A stretch of 64,000 bases of DNA from the human T2T-CHM13v2.0 reference genome, Homo sapiens: NCBI RefSeq assembly GCF_009914755.1, contig NC_060934.1; one strand, 5' to 3'. This document shows positions 32,941 through 46,042 of this stretch, piece after piece. The notes beneath the pieces were generated by a model that made no database searches, was not told the DNA's origin, and saw only the letters and a list, made by a program, of their open reading frames with translations. Position numbers and translations under genes: made by a program. Numbering within the stretch: the stretch's first letter is position 1; the number at the start of each line of letters is the position of its first letter.

Positions 32941-35900
32941 TGTAGTGGTTATGATATTAAGGAGTTAAGAAATTTATGCAGAGTGGATTTGACAATGTGC
33001 TTCCTGAGTAGTTGGAACATAAATATCTACTGTAGTGACTCTGCGTGTTAGGGTACAAGGGAGAGATCACACTGTTGCCACTGCATGGACCTCTCCAGCC
33101 ACCTAACTTTCTAATGTGTTGGTAAAATTAAATAGAAGGGATAATTTGTTATTTGCATAACAGAAACAGTATTTCTTCTTACAAGTAAAGAGAATTTGGG
33201 TGACTTAAATATAAATAAAATTAAAAGTTGACCTAACAGAAATCATGTTTAAGACTCTAAAAATGAGTTTCTTATAGTTGGAGGGCTTGAATTCCAGCAG
33301 AATTGCAAAAGATCAGAGCATAATAATTGAGTCTGCTTTGAATATATCACGTATCCATAGTCAAGGAGCAATTTAATCAACATTGAAAAATTTCAGAAGT
33401 TGGACAAAATTAGAGCAATGATAATCCTGATAGGTGATGGAATGGCTCCCTGGCAGGATGACATCAAGATCATGAGCACTGCCAACATCATCTATCTGAA
33501 AAAATGATAACGGGGCCTTAAGAAAAGGGTGTGGAATTGGCTCATGTCAGAAATGATGGGGCAGAGATGCCCAGATCACTGAAAGGAGCATTATGAGGAA
33601 CAGAGAACTGCTCCTCATCCGGGTGAGTCATTGTCTTGTCCAAGCTTCACAAAGGCAAGACTCAGAAGCCCCTTCCAGGACAGTGAGTCCATTTCCAGTC
33701 CAACATTCTGCCAGAGCAAGCGACTTTCCAAATCCATTTACAGGGCAGTGATAAAATTAGATTATTGGCTATGAATATTATACACTTGTGAACGCCTGCA
33801 TCATTACAGGACAATTCCATTTAGATGTGGAGATGAGACAATTTTTCTGCATAGAAAAACCCTCTCTTGGGAGCCACTATTGACAACAAAGCTCTATTAT
33901 CTGATACTTTCTTTAATAAGAAAGATTAAATAGAGTTCCATCTAGTTTTACCATTCAGGAATTTAATATCTTTGGAAGGTATTAAGCTGTGTGTGCTATG
34001 TAAGGCAACATGTTTTGAATAGAAGGAATTGGATATTCACATATTGGTGTGCATTCCCCTTTCTCCACTGACTGCACTGTGAAAAGGAAAAGAGCACTTG
34101 CTATGCTTCTGCTACACTTTTAAAGTTTTTAACCCAGCAAATTACCACATCAGCAGGCTCTCTTCTCTATCAGAAAAGCCCACTTTTAGGCCCCCCACAA
34201 GTAATCAGGTAGAATGACCACAAAGCGCACTTCTGGGTTAAGTGAGATTTTAAATTTACCATTGTTATTCCAGGCTGCATTGTATTTAGACGCTTCTGAA
34301 AAGTGCTTTGTGTTCAGACACCACCATCTGAAGCATGCAAACTTTTGCACACCTGGCTCAGGTGGCAGCAGACCACGTGGGGACTTCTTAAATCCGAATG
34401 TGATGACAGGTGGTCTGGGGATCTTATTAAAATGACTCAGCAGGTCTGGGACACAGCCCCAGACTCTGCATTTCTAACAGGATTCCAGTGATGCTGCTGC
34501 TATTGCTGCCTCTTGGGACACATTTTGGGCAGCCGGGCCCCATGTGAACCTCTCCCAAGTTAATGCAGAACTATGGAACGGTGGGTGGAATGGAGGAGAG
34601 ATGAGACCAGATACATCCTGGACTCATCACTCAACCTCTCTGAACTTTGGATTCCTCATTTATAAAGTGGAATGAATAATTACAAAACTTAACTTACTTA
34701 CCTTTCACAGAGCTGCTGTGAAAACAGCTAGTGTTTCAACAAATAGCAGTGCAATGCCATCCATAGAAATCCCTATACTCTTTCTCTCCTAAAATGATAG
34801 GATCAGCTCCTAGGACCTTTCTTACATGCATATGATAATGTGATGTTCTCCTCTGAATCATCTTTCAATGTTTCTTTGGAACATTGCGGGGAAAAAGTCA
34901 GTTCTCATTGTTGTCTTCCATGCTTCTTGCTGCTAAGTTCTACTCAACGTGATAGTCCCTTCATCTAGGTTTCTCAATCCCCAAGTTGAAATTCTGCTTA
35001 AGATCCCTTAGTGGATATAGATTAGGGAAATAGAGCTAATTCTTGGCAAAACTGTTTTTTAATGCAACACAAACTGTTATAATTACCATTGGGAAGCAGG
35101 AACATTATGGAATGCCGATTTGATTTGCATAAAAATACAGTGCAGTTCAGCCCAAGTGGCAATTAATAAGTTATCAGGGAAGACAGGAGACACAACAATA
35201 AATCATTTTTATGTTTTAAGTTAAATGTTTCAGTCCTGAATCTGGGAAGTATTATACAGCGATTTAGCTTCTTAAACCTAGTACGAAAAGCCTAGCTTAG
35301 TCTCTAACTAGGGAAAAGAGTGAACAGCATTCATGTTGAAGTTCTTCTCAAACAATGAAACAGAGATAGTATTAGTGCATGGCCCTTAGCATTTTTCCGA
35401 AAGTATGTGTGGATTCATTCTAATAGACTCCTTGGAAGTCATCATATTTTTCTGGAAACATCCATGAATTTAGGTAAAATGTAACTTTAGTAAAGTGATT
35501 CTCTATCTCTGACTCTTTTCTGTGAGTAGAGAGACCTAAAAACCCATGCATTAGGGAAAATTTTCTATTCTTGGTTAATCTTGGAAAATGCAAAAAGGCA
35601 TAAGTGTCCAGAGAAAAGCAGGAAGTGGAAGAAATATTGATTAATGGAGCCTGGCTGTCCAAAGCAGCCCACTCCTCAGGGAGTTCCTGTGCTTCCAGGA
35701 ATACGTTTTCCTACAGTCAGAGGACGGTGGTAGAGAAAGACTTATTGGTCTGTGAGTAATAGAAATTAAGCTAGGCCAGTTTTGTTGTAAAAAGGGCCCC
35801 TTTGACTTGACACTTCTGTTGTCTTTGTTATTGTTATTATTTTTCCTATTATTCTGGTCCTAGATGGAATAAAACTCTCCTAAGAATTACCAAACAGCCA

Positions 35901-36312
35901 GTTGTAATGTCATACCCAACTTTTCCCATTACCTAAATGCAGCGTGGGTGCATGAATAAATACTGTCAGGTTCATTACTATTTTCTGCAAGAACAAAACT
36001 TACCAAGTTATGAGTGAATATGATAAAAGAAACTTTACCAAATGAAATATAGAACATTTGACACACAATTTAGGATCATTCCCATTCCTAACGTCAAATT
36101 CCGTATTCCTTATCATGACAGGGTCCAATGTGAGTTGAGATTCTACTTTCAGAAAATGTCTTCTTAATCTTCTCTCCTTATCAGGATATTTTAAAAAAGA
36201 GAATTTTTAAAAATCTTGGAAGTTATTGGATAGTGGCATGTCACCAACTTCTTTAACTAGAACAGTGCTAATATAATAAAAGCCATCAGGTGTGGGATAT
36301 TTTATGAAAATG

Positions 36313-36318
36313 TTTAAT
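36313..36318 (-). terminator. Distal poly(A) signal ATTAAA of full-length NRP1
   Basis: Plus-strand tttaat; minus reads ATTAAAcattttcataaaatatcccaCA then ctgatggcttttattatatt. Confidence 0.75.
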
Positions 36319-37686
36319 TCAACTGTTTCTTTGGAATGTAGTAGTCATAGTTTGGAATTTAAGTTACAGTTCAGTTCTATGTGGTTTTTATGCTACTCAG
36401 TGTCTGAGAATACAAATGTCATTTAAAGTTAAGGCTTCGCTGTTCATTTTGAAACAACAATTTACAAGTGTCATATTGTCATAGAAAATAATAATTTCTG
36501 TAAAAAAAATCTGCACAAAATCTTATGATGGTACAAAACATGAAGCAATAATATACCAGTAAAATGAAAACATTTTACTACAGAAAGTTTTATAGATTTC
36601 CATAAAGAAAAAATATGTTATTTTACACCTTTAAAAATTACAAAACAATCTAAAACAATATAAACTGAACATTTTGTAACACTGCCTTTACAAATTAATA
36701 ACTTTATAAACATATAATTTTTAAATATATTTATCAGTGCAAGATACTTTAAATTTTAAAGTTGCAGTATCATTTTTCCTTGGCTGAGGACAACTTTAAG
36801 TCTGTTGCCTTTAAAAACAACAAACGAGTGTTTCTTAGTGCTTTCCTTCTGGTAGGATTATATCAACTAAATGAATGTCTCTGGGGACAAAAAACTATTC
36901 TTCTTTCATGGTGATCAATATTTTCCTGGAAACAAAAGGCATTCTCAATCCAATTTAACTAAGATGAATGGACTGTCTCGTCTATGATGCAAATGTGACT
37001 CCCAACAAATGTCTTTGAGTGAGACGTCTAGCAATGTGGGAAGGAAGATCTAAAAAATCTCATGTCCAACATGGCATGATAAAAATCCACCAAAACCAAC
37101 CAAAGCTTCTTTGGGTTAATTCATAGGCTGCCTGGTAAGATATTTGCTTCCCTGTGCTGTTAGAGGCTTAGATGTTGCCAGCCCTAAGGCAGGCTTATTC
37201 TTTGTGAGCCGCTGGAAGTTTCTAGAAGCATTCATTTAAGTCTATTTTTTCAAGGTTGCTGTTATGAATTTTTAAAACATTTGTTTGACTTTATGTGTTT
37301 TTCCCCCTCTTATCTTAAAATACTTGACCCCCAGGCATCAGGATTTATAGTTTCATTCTTAAATTAACTGTTCTTCCTTCCACTTCCCTTGTGTGACTCA
37401 GTAGCAAAATAAGAAAGTTCTCTTGGGTCATTTTTGCATATTTGGATAGAAAAATCTCATGCTTTTGGATTTGGAAGATTTTATCCAGTTCTTCCTTTGG
37501 GTCTCACTTGAAAGCCAATTTGTATTATTTCTTTCCTCAACTTATCACTATTTCTACTAAATGCCAACATTTCTATCAAAGGTCATTTTGAATAGAATAG
37601 ATAAGGAAAAAAGATACTGTCACTTTAACCAGTTAACAAGAAAACCAAAGTTAGACTTTGGAGGGCAAAGTTAGGAATTTCCCTTA

Positions 37687-37696
37687 TTTATTTATT
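37687..37696 (-). terminator. Overlapping AATAAATAAA, candidate proximal poly(A) signal in the 3'UTR
   Basis: Two overlapping AATAAA hexamers followed on the minus strand by a U/GU-rich tract (ctttggttttcttgtt). Confidence 0.5.
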
Positions 37697-38875
37697 TTTA
37701 AACATAAAGTCTAGTAAAATCGTTTGCCATTCCCAGCAGGTTAAAGCTGCAAGTTTCTTTCCTGGACAATGGCAAATCCTCCAATTCTAAGAGAGAAAAA
37801 AGACAGAGAGATAGGAGAGAGAAAGAGAAGAGAGTTTACATTTGAAAATACATTCCATATGAAAGAACAATAAGAGAGAATATTGTAGCTTTATACAAAA
37901 GGGTCAAGAAACATGAAATTGAACTACAGAAAAAGCAGAACAATTAAGCCACGTTGCCAAATCTTCAGAGCCCTTGCCTGCCCGGAGGGGCTGGCATCTC
38001 ACACGAAAATAAACTTTCTTCTTAGTCAGTGGGCCACCAGAGTTTGATTAAAGAGCAGGGCTTTCACCAGCAAGAAGCAGAGTGGGTCGTTAATGTAACA
38101 CAATGAACCAGTACAAACAAAAAGGCACTTGAGAGGACATAGACTAGCCAGTGCCAAGGATTTGTGTTTTTGTTGTTGCGGTTGTCAGCAGTATACCCAG
38201 TGGCCAGCCGTGTTCAGGGATGGCACCGTTTTCTGTATGGAGTTCACAAGCACGAGGTTTAGTACAACACCGGAAAAACAGCAAGAAAACTGGACAGTAT
38301 TGCTTCGTAAACAGAGCTGACACACTACACCAGTACTGAGGCTACAGTACTTTAAAAAGAAAACAGCCTAATCCTTCTTTGCCTATGCACGACGCGGGCA
38401 ATTATACACAAGTACAACTTCAGGAGTCCACTGAAATGCGGTGATTCTAGTATATTCTGGGCACTGGGTTTCAGGTAGCATGTCCATCCAAAGGGCCACA
38501 CGGAATACGCTTGGTGCCAGCATCTTGGATTTCGCTCAGTTTCCAAAAAGAATCCACAAAGGGGAGAGGAGAGAGAGAGAGAGGGGCAGGAGGGGTCGAA
38601 ATGAATGATTATGTCAATCATACTTGGTCTCAACACCAGCATCTGATTATTCAAATGAAACCAACAGGAAAAAAGCTGACTGCACATGAGTCCGATGGTG
38701 AACACAGCTCCTTGTCCATGTCTGTCGGCCATACTCATTGAAGCTCCTGAGAAAAGCCTGGCTCAGTGGTCATCAACACACTTCCCAGCCTGTATAGTGA
38801 AAGATCAACAGCTCCCCAGCTCACTCCCGTCCTTCCACTTCCGTCCTTTGACTGTCTTTTCATCTCTGTCTGCCT

Positions 38876-39165
38876 TCATGCCTCCGAATAAGTACTCTGT
38901 GTATTCAGTTTGTCTTTTTTCAACTTCACACCATCCACAAGTTCAAAGTTATAGTTCTCCAGGGCAGACAAGTTTCTTTCTGACATCCCATTATGCCAAC
39001 AGGCACAGTACAGCACGACCCCACAGACAGCCCCCAGGAGGACCCCCAGGGCACTCATGGCTATGATGGTGATGAGGATGGGGTCTAAGGTCTTCAACAC
39101 ATTGCCTGGCTTCCTGGAGATGTTCTTGTCACCTTCTCCTTCACCTTCGTATCCTGGCGTGCTCC
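38876..39165 (-). CDS. NRP1: NRP1 exon 17 coding part: stalk, transmembrane helix (ILITIIAMSALGVLLGAVCGVVLY, GxxxGxxxG), cytoplasmic tail ending in PDZ-binding motif SEA, stop TGA
   Basis: ORF 38876..39283 peptide ends NTQSTYSEA; acceptor ttttccatAG|GG at 39167-39166; TGA at 38878-38876. Confidence 0.98.
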
Positions 39166-40617
39166 CTATGGAAAAAAACAATATTGTCTCCGTGAGCACC
39201 GCCAACAGACCAGATGAAAGCAGACAGAAAAATAGAAAGGAACGAAACAGGAGCAAATCACACACCCCAGTTTTGCCTGTCATATCTGACTCATTGTTGG
39301 GAACAGAAGTGTGGGAGGTGGTAGAGGGGAGTGGGCGCTGGGGCTTCTGACAGACTGCTTAGCACGTGGAAACAACCCATTCTGGATCAACTGGGAGGTT
39401 CCTTGCTCATCTAACTCAGATTTCATGCAGCCCCATCTGTCCTAGATTGTAATCTGTGTTTACAGTCCTTGGCTAGATAGGTGATCATTAAGTTTTGCAA
39501 AATGCTTAGTCACACATTAGTCTAGCAAGGGGATTTTACCATTCCCAGTGCATGTACCTAACCCCAAAACAGGCACAAGAAAAACCTTCATGGCTGCCCT
39601 TCTACGTGGTGCTGTTTCCAGGATCTGGCATGGTTTATGCATGTGTTTGTTCTCCCATATGGAAAATCTTCAAGTGAAACGAATTTTGCCCAAAGTCTAC
39701 AGTAGTTTCAGTAAAGAAGGAGTGATTTTTTAGAACAAGAGAATGCTTGCTGCTGACATGTAAACAGAGTGTGGCTCAAATCGAGAAACCATGTCTGTCA
39801 TGCCAAATAGAAGACATTTACTAATAATCAGCATCTTTGCAGCCCTGGTAGTTTAACTGGAGACAGTTGCACTGCTCTGCAGCTCAGTCACTGGGGACTT
39901 GTTTTCTTTGGAGTGGAACAGGAGAAATTGTTAACATGGGAGCTTTGAGCCTAATTACCTGGTACTAGAAACGGGATGAAAATGTTAACGCACAATATGC
40001 CTGGGGTTTACTTAATGGTGTTCTGATCAACAAAGATTCCAATCAAAGAAAACTAAAAATATGAGATGCAAATCCCTAACCAAGAGAAAACAAGCCTTGG
40101 GGCATATTAATACTCTCTCCCTTGATGAAATATTGTTTTGAAACAACCTCTAATAAAGTTTACATCTCTGTGTGGACTTGGTAATGTGTTCATATTACTA
40201 ACAGCAAGGTGCAATATTTATTTGTCTCTATGAAGTCCACGGCTGGCCATAGAGTAGGATCCCATTTCTAAGGGCAACAGATGCTGACATGCATTGATGA
40301 TAAGGGTGCAGCACCATCCACACAGCAGCTGTGAGTGATGGTGGAGCAAGTGTCCAACAGCCCACAATGCTGGCTGGGAGATCTGGAAACTTCTGGGAAT
40401 AGACTAATACCAGGCAAGGCCTAACTCTGATCAAAGGTCTTGCATTTGATCACAAAGCAGCGTTCAGCAAAAACACACATTTATAGTTCATCAGGCTAAA
40501 GTGTGAGGCTACCACCTAATTAGCTATGCTACTTAAGTTTCAGTCTCACTATCTGTAAAATGGGGACAAATACAACCCCTAGAGCTGCTGTGAGGATTAA
40601 ATAAGATAAGGTATGTA

Positions 40618-40916
<299 letters not shown>

Positions 40917-41497
40917 ATCAGGTAAGTAAAGTGCTCAGAACATACTAACTCTTCAATAAATCCTTCTTATCATCATCATCATCATCACAAAACCAAGGTT
41001 CTAGTAGAGGAAGATGGGAAAAGATGAATCAAACACAATGGATTATCTCAGAAATTGGGCTCTGGTCTCTTAAAGATCCTAGCTGGATATCAACAAACAG
41101 AAGAATTTCGGTTGGTTTCAAATAACTGTGTATGGAAATAGTCTTCACTAATTTTCTGTCTTTGTAGTGATAAACTGAGTGTGTTTGAGCTGATTATCCT
41201 TTATGTTCCACCTCTAGACTGGGCAGGGAAGGGCCAGGGTGAGCACACTTCCCAGGCTCAACCAGGTGTACAAGCAGGACCCGTCACCGAGGCTCCCCAA
41301 GTCTTATGGGCAGCTCGGAAGTGGGTACTCTGTGAGCACAATCCGATCCACAGCACCAACCCAGGGCCATGGGCATAGATGTTTTTTATTTGAACTTTTT
41401 GACATACCAGTGTATTAGAGTTCCACAAAGTTTCTTCATAAACACAATGAAAGCCATAGTAAAATTTTTTAAAAATTGGTCAGCAAGACAAATTTAC

Positions 41498-41548
41498 CTG
41501 TTTCATCAATTTTAATTTCTGGGTTCTTTTTATCCAGGTCTGCTGGTT
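41498..41548 (-). CDS. NRP1: NRP1 exon 16 (51 nt, phase 1-1): KPADLDKKNPEIKIDET juxtamembrane stalk
   Basis: Peptide within ORF 41469..41660; acceptor cttgtcAG|AA, donor ACAG|GTaaat. Confidence 0.95.
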
Positions 41549-41632
41549 CTGACAAGTCAAACAAAATTGAAAGAGATATTTGAACTGCCATCAAAATATA
41601 ATGCACCAAACTACACAAACCTTTAGGTACAT

Positions 41633-41633
<1 letters not shown>

Positions 41634-41662
<29 letters not shown>
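41634..41662. repeat. (CA)14 microsatellite, (UG)n on the NRP1 pre-mRNA
   Basis: Seen directly. Confidence 0.97.
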
Positions 41663-41665
<3 letters not shown>

Positions 41666-41848
41666 TCTACTGGGCTCCTTTTGGATTTTTTAGTTCAATC
41701 AGAAATCACCAAACAGATCAATAAAGAGGCAATGTTAAATGACCGGGAAATTGGTAATGTGACATCACAACACTGCCTTTAAGGTGCCATATCTAAATCC
41801 AGGTAGCACTGCTGCTAGCAGAATCTGTTGTTTTAGGAGACAAGGGTG

Positions 41849-42150
41849 GGCTGGGTATGCTGGCTCGTGCCTATAATTCCAGCACTTTGAGAGGGCAAGG
41901 CAGGAGAACCACATTAGGCTAGGAGTTTAGGACCAGCCTGGGCAACATAGTGAGATCCCATCTCTACAAAAATAAAAAAATTAGCTTTCCAGCTGCTTAG
42001 GAGGCTGAGGCGGAAGGAGAGCTTGTGCCCAGGAGATGGAGTTTACAGTGAGCCATGATGGTGCCACTGCACTCCACCCTGGGTGACGGAAGCAAGAGCC
42101 TGTCTCAAAAAAGCAAAAACAACAACAACAAATTTAAAAAAAAAAAAAAA
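41849..42150 (+). mobile_element. AluJ-like in intron 15
   Basis: Alu consensus with internal deletion. Confidence 0.9.
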
Positions 42151-42812
42151 GAAGAGAAGGGGGAAGAGACATGGTTTTGGCATCTGAAATGTGGAAAAAA
42201 ATCTGGTGAATATAGGTTCTACTGAAGTAGATTCGTACATATGGTGACCATCCTATAGTTTGTAGATAACTGCTTCCTAAATTTAGTGTGCGTTAGTTTG
42301 GCTTCTCGAATAGTATGCCAACTCTTTGAGGCAAGAGACTGTGCCCTGTGTATTACAAAAATAGATAAATACATAAAATAGCTATTGAAGAAGTAGAGTT
42401 CCAGTATTCCTGTGGTACTAAGTACAGAGCAGGAATTTTTGAGTGCTTTGTCCACTGCTGTATTCCAGCATTTACAACAGTGTCTAGCACATCATAGGTG
42501 CTTTAATAGATATTTGTTCTATGTATGAATGAATGAAAGATTAATAAATAGTTGATAATCTCATAGCATCCACACCCAGATGTTCAAGGATGCATATTTG
42601 ATGAATCATTGTACAATTGTCTTACACATATTTTTATTGGTAGCAGCATAAACAAATAAACAAAGTGGTTTAATGGAGCCGTAGTTGTGAATTTCCCACT
42701 ACAATGTCTGGCAGCAACTACAGCTAAATGGACAAATCACAAGAAAAGAAAAAGTCCCATAGAATTGTCTCAACTATGTGCTTTCTTTTCTTTTCTCCCT
42801 TCCTTCCTTCCT

Positions 42813-43114
<302 letters not shown>

Positions 43115-44427
43115 TCAGCCATGTACTTTCACTGGAGCATCCGCATGCTGCTTTGCATATGGTATGTAGTCAGTTAGAACTTGTTGAACCGAATTGAATT
43201 TCGTTAGAACTTGTTGAACTGAATTTAATTTCGTTTCTTTGTTTTAGTCTGTGGAGTTTGTTCTCACATCCCAAAACATCACCATCATCACTCTCACTTT
43301 GGAATGGAGAAGTGAAGAAATCACAGACACTGTGTTACTACATGAAATACACATTTTTACAGCAGTGTAGATATGGATGTGGGTAATTTGTAAAGGAGTT
43401 GCAACTAAACTATTAAGCCTTATCATTCTTGTGAAGATTTGCTAAATAGTGCAGCACTAAGCAGATTCCCTTTAATAGTATGAAGAAGCAAGCCTTTATT
43501 CATTGCTCCTTTCTTTTTGCCCAATTTCTTCGATGGATCCTATCAAATTATTGCCGCTTTAGGGATTATATATATTCAATATATTATATAATAAAAGCTT
43601 TGTAAGTTGCTGAAGTGACCAAAACCCCCATTACAGCCAACAGACCTCCTTTGTCTTAAATTGGCCCAATAGGCTTATCCCATTTTGTTATAATTAACAT
43701 CCTATTATATAATGATGTATAACAAAAGTTTCAATGTAGCAAATGGAGCTGAAGACTAATTACTGTGCTATTACACTGCCATTAGTAATGCTATTTGTAA
43801 TTATATATCAAGAACTAGGGAATATGAATTGGTTTTCTATGTCTTACATCCACCTAGTACAAGACCCATAAAGACCAACTCTGAAATACTAGGCCAAGTC
43901 TCTGAATCTCATTGAAGTCCTTTAAGTCATTTCAGATATTTTAAAAGTCAGAAACATCTACTTGTGATAAAGCAAAGAATTATGGCTTCTATGGTTCATT
44001 AACAATGCATTCTTAATTAAACTTATTCTGATCAAAGTTTTCAGAGGCCTGCTGTTTTGTTTATACACCCAGATATTTGGAATTATCCAGATGTCTGACT
44101 TTCCACTGTTCATCAAAATGTTTCGGTATGGCATCTATAGCTTGTAAGCTGGGTCTTCTTAGCTATCATCTTTGGATTCTGCATTATTTGTGGAGTTTTA
44201 TAGGTATCAAGCAGCCATTATGAAGGACCTAGGGTAGGTGACGGGGCAGACACAGGTAAATTGGGCTGATTGTATGCCCTGTTGCACCAGAATACGCATT
44301 TCCTATGATGTGCCGAGAGGCCACACCGAAATTCTAGGTAGAAATGAGCAAAACAAAGACCATCATATTGGCAAGAGTCTTGCCCTGGGCAAGCACTCCA
44401 TTGGTTTCTACAGCAGCTCATACTTAC

Positions 44428-44524
44428 TTGCACAATCTTCTTGTGAAATGTGGTTATTAATACTAATGTCATCCACAGCAATCCCACCAAGGTTTCCTTT
44501 TCCGATTTCGCCCTCGAAAATCAC
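44428..44524 (-). CDS. NRP1: NRP1 exon 15 (97 nt, phase 0-1): end of MAM domain VIFEGEIGKGNLGGIAVDDISINNHISQEDCA
   Basis: Manual translation gives the MAM C-terminal motif IAVDDI; acceptor tttgttAG|GT, donor GCAA|GTaagt. Confidence 0.96.
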
Positions 44525-45016
44525 CTAACAAAATAAGATCATTTTCACAGTATTGAAATGCTCATCTCACATGGCAGTGTTTACAAATGCTTGTTCAGCT
44601 CCAGCTACGGCACATAAATTAAATTCATCAGATTCAGCGTAACACAGACTTCACTCATCAATCCACATTAGCTGCCTGGTGATGGTATGCACCTTCTCCT
44701 TACACTCTCTTCTTATAATACAAACTTTAAAACGGGAGAAAGCAGCAAACAAAAGGAATGATACATTGTGAAAGCCCAGAAATAGATGACACGGAAGCCC
44801 TTTGTGTTCCTTCTCAGCAAATTGGTTCTATTCCTGCAATCTAGGAGACTGTGAAATCTGCTATTAAGGTGGTTATCATTGCAGCAATATCTCAGGGTTG
44901 GGAAACACTGGAAATAATTTCGGAATAATTCCCATGTCTCATTTGCACAGCCTCCAACATATCATCTCAGCATTCCTGCAGCCACTGCCCTCCCCAGCCT
45001 TGGGAAGAGGTCATAC

Positions 45017-45288
45017 CTGATAAAGTTTCAGAGACTTGTGGAGCAAGACACGCCCTTCCTTCCAGTGGTCACCTTGGTGTCCAATGGCCATCCAGACCAG
45101 CTGATCGTACTCCTCTGGCTTCTGGTAGCGCAGTTTGACCCTGAGTGTGCCGACGTGGGACCCAGACATGTGATACCAGAAGGTCATGCAGTGGGCAGAG
45201 TTCTGGGAATAAACCACAGGGCTCACCAGGCGAGCCACTTTGCCCTTCTGATTTTCGTCAGCTTGGGAATAGATGAAGTTGCCATCTC
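45017..45288 (-). CDS. NRP1: NRP1 exon 14 (272 nt, phase 1-0): MAM domain GDGNFIYSQADENQKGKVARLVSP...LLHKSLKLYQ
   Basis: ORF 45011..45238 peptide; acceptor cacagcAG|GA, donor CAG|GTatga. Confidence 0.97.
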
Positions 45289-45660
45289 CTGCTGTGACAA
45301 AGAACTGTGTTAGGGAGAGTGGCCAGGATTACCACACTTTTATCTCTCTTCTTTCAAGTCTCACTAATCAAAAGCTTCCTGCGCTGAGCACCAAGAACCC
45401 AAATACGTAGTGGAAAGGGATAAGTGTGCACACTTGGGGACCTCATGGGCACCTAAGGCCCTGCTCTCAGCTCTTGCAAAATGGACATTTGATTAGGGGA
45501 AGGCTGAGTGGCACTAATTAGGATACTACTTATAATGGAATGCATTTTCATATGGACACATGCTATGCCTCAAGCTGGCATTTGCACCATCACAAGCAAA
45601 CTGAAAGCAAAGTCTGTGCATAGACTGGACTGAAAACTCCTGGCTCTTCTTAGAGAAACC

Positions 45661-46042
<382 letters not shown>

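Larger units (their letters stand above)
36291..38875 (-). other. NRP1: NRP1 3'UTR (~2.6 kb), Alu-free and AU-rich
   Basis: Follows the stop codon; ends about 20 nt after an ATTAAA hexamer at a CA dinucleotide followed by a U-rich tract; 3' end inferred. Confidence 0.8.

Noticed and set aside
38352-38738. 128-aa ATG ORF in the NRP1 3'UTR
   Set aside because: No recognisable domain; lies downstream of the stop with no evidence of translation
38870-38878. Possible stop-codon readthrough masking the SEA PDZ motif
   Set aside because: Context is TGA-AGG, not the TGA-CTAG readthrough motif
43471-44427. Intron 15 read-through (SKYELL stop) with hexamers at 43500-43495 and 43476-43471
   Set aside because: Donor is consensus GTAAGT and the hexamers are ~900 nt away in AT-rich DNA; much weaker case than intron 16
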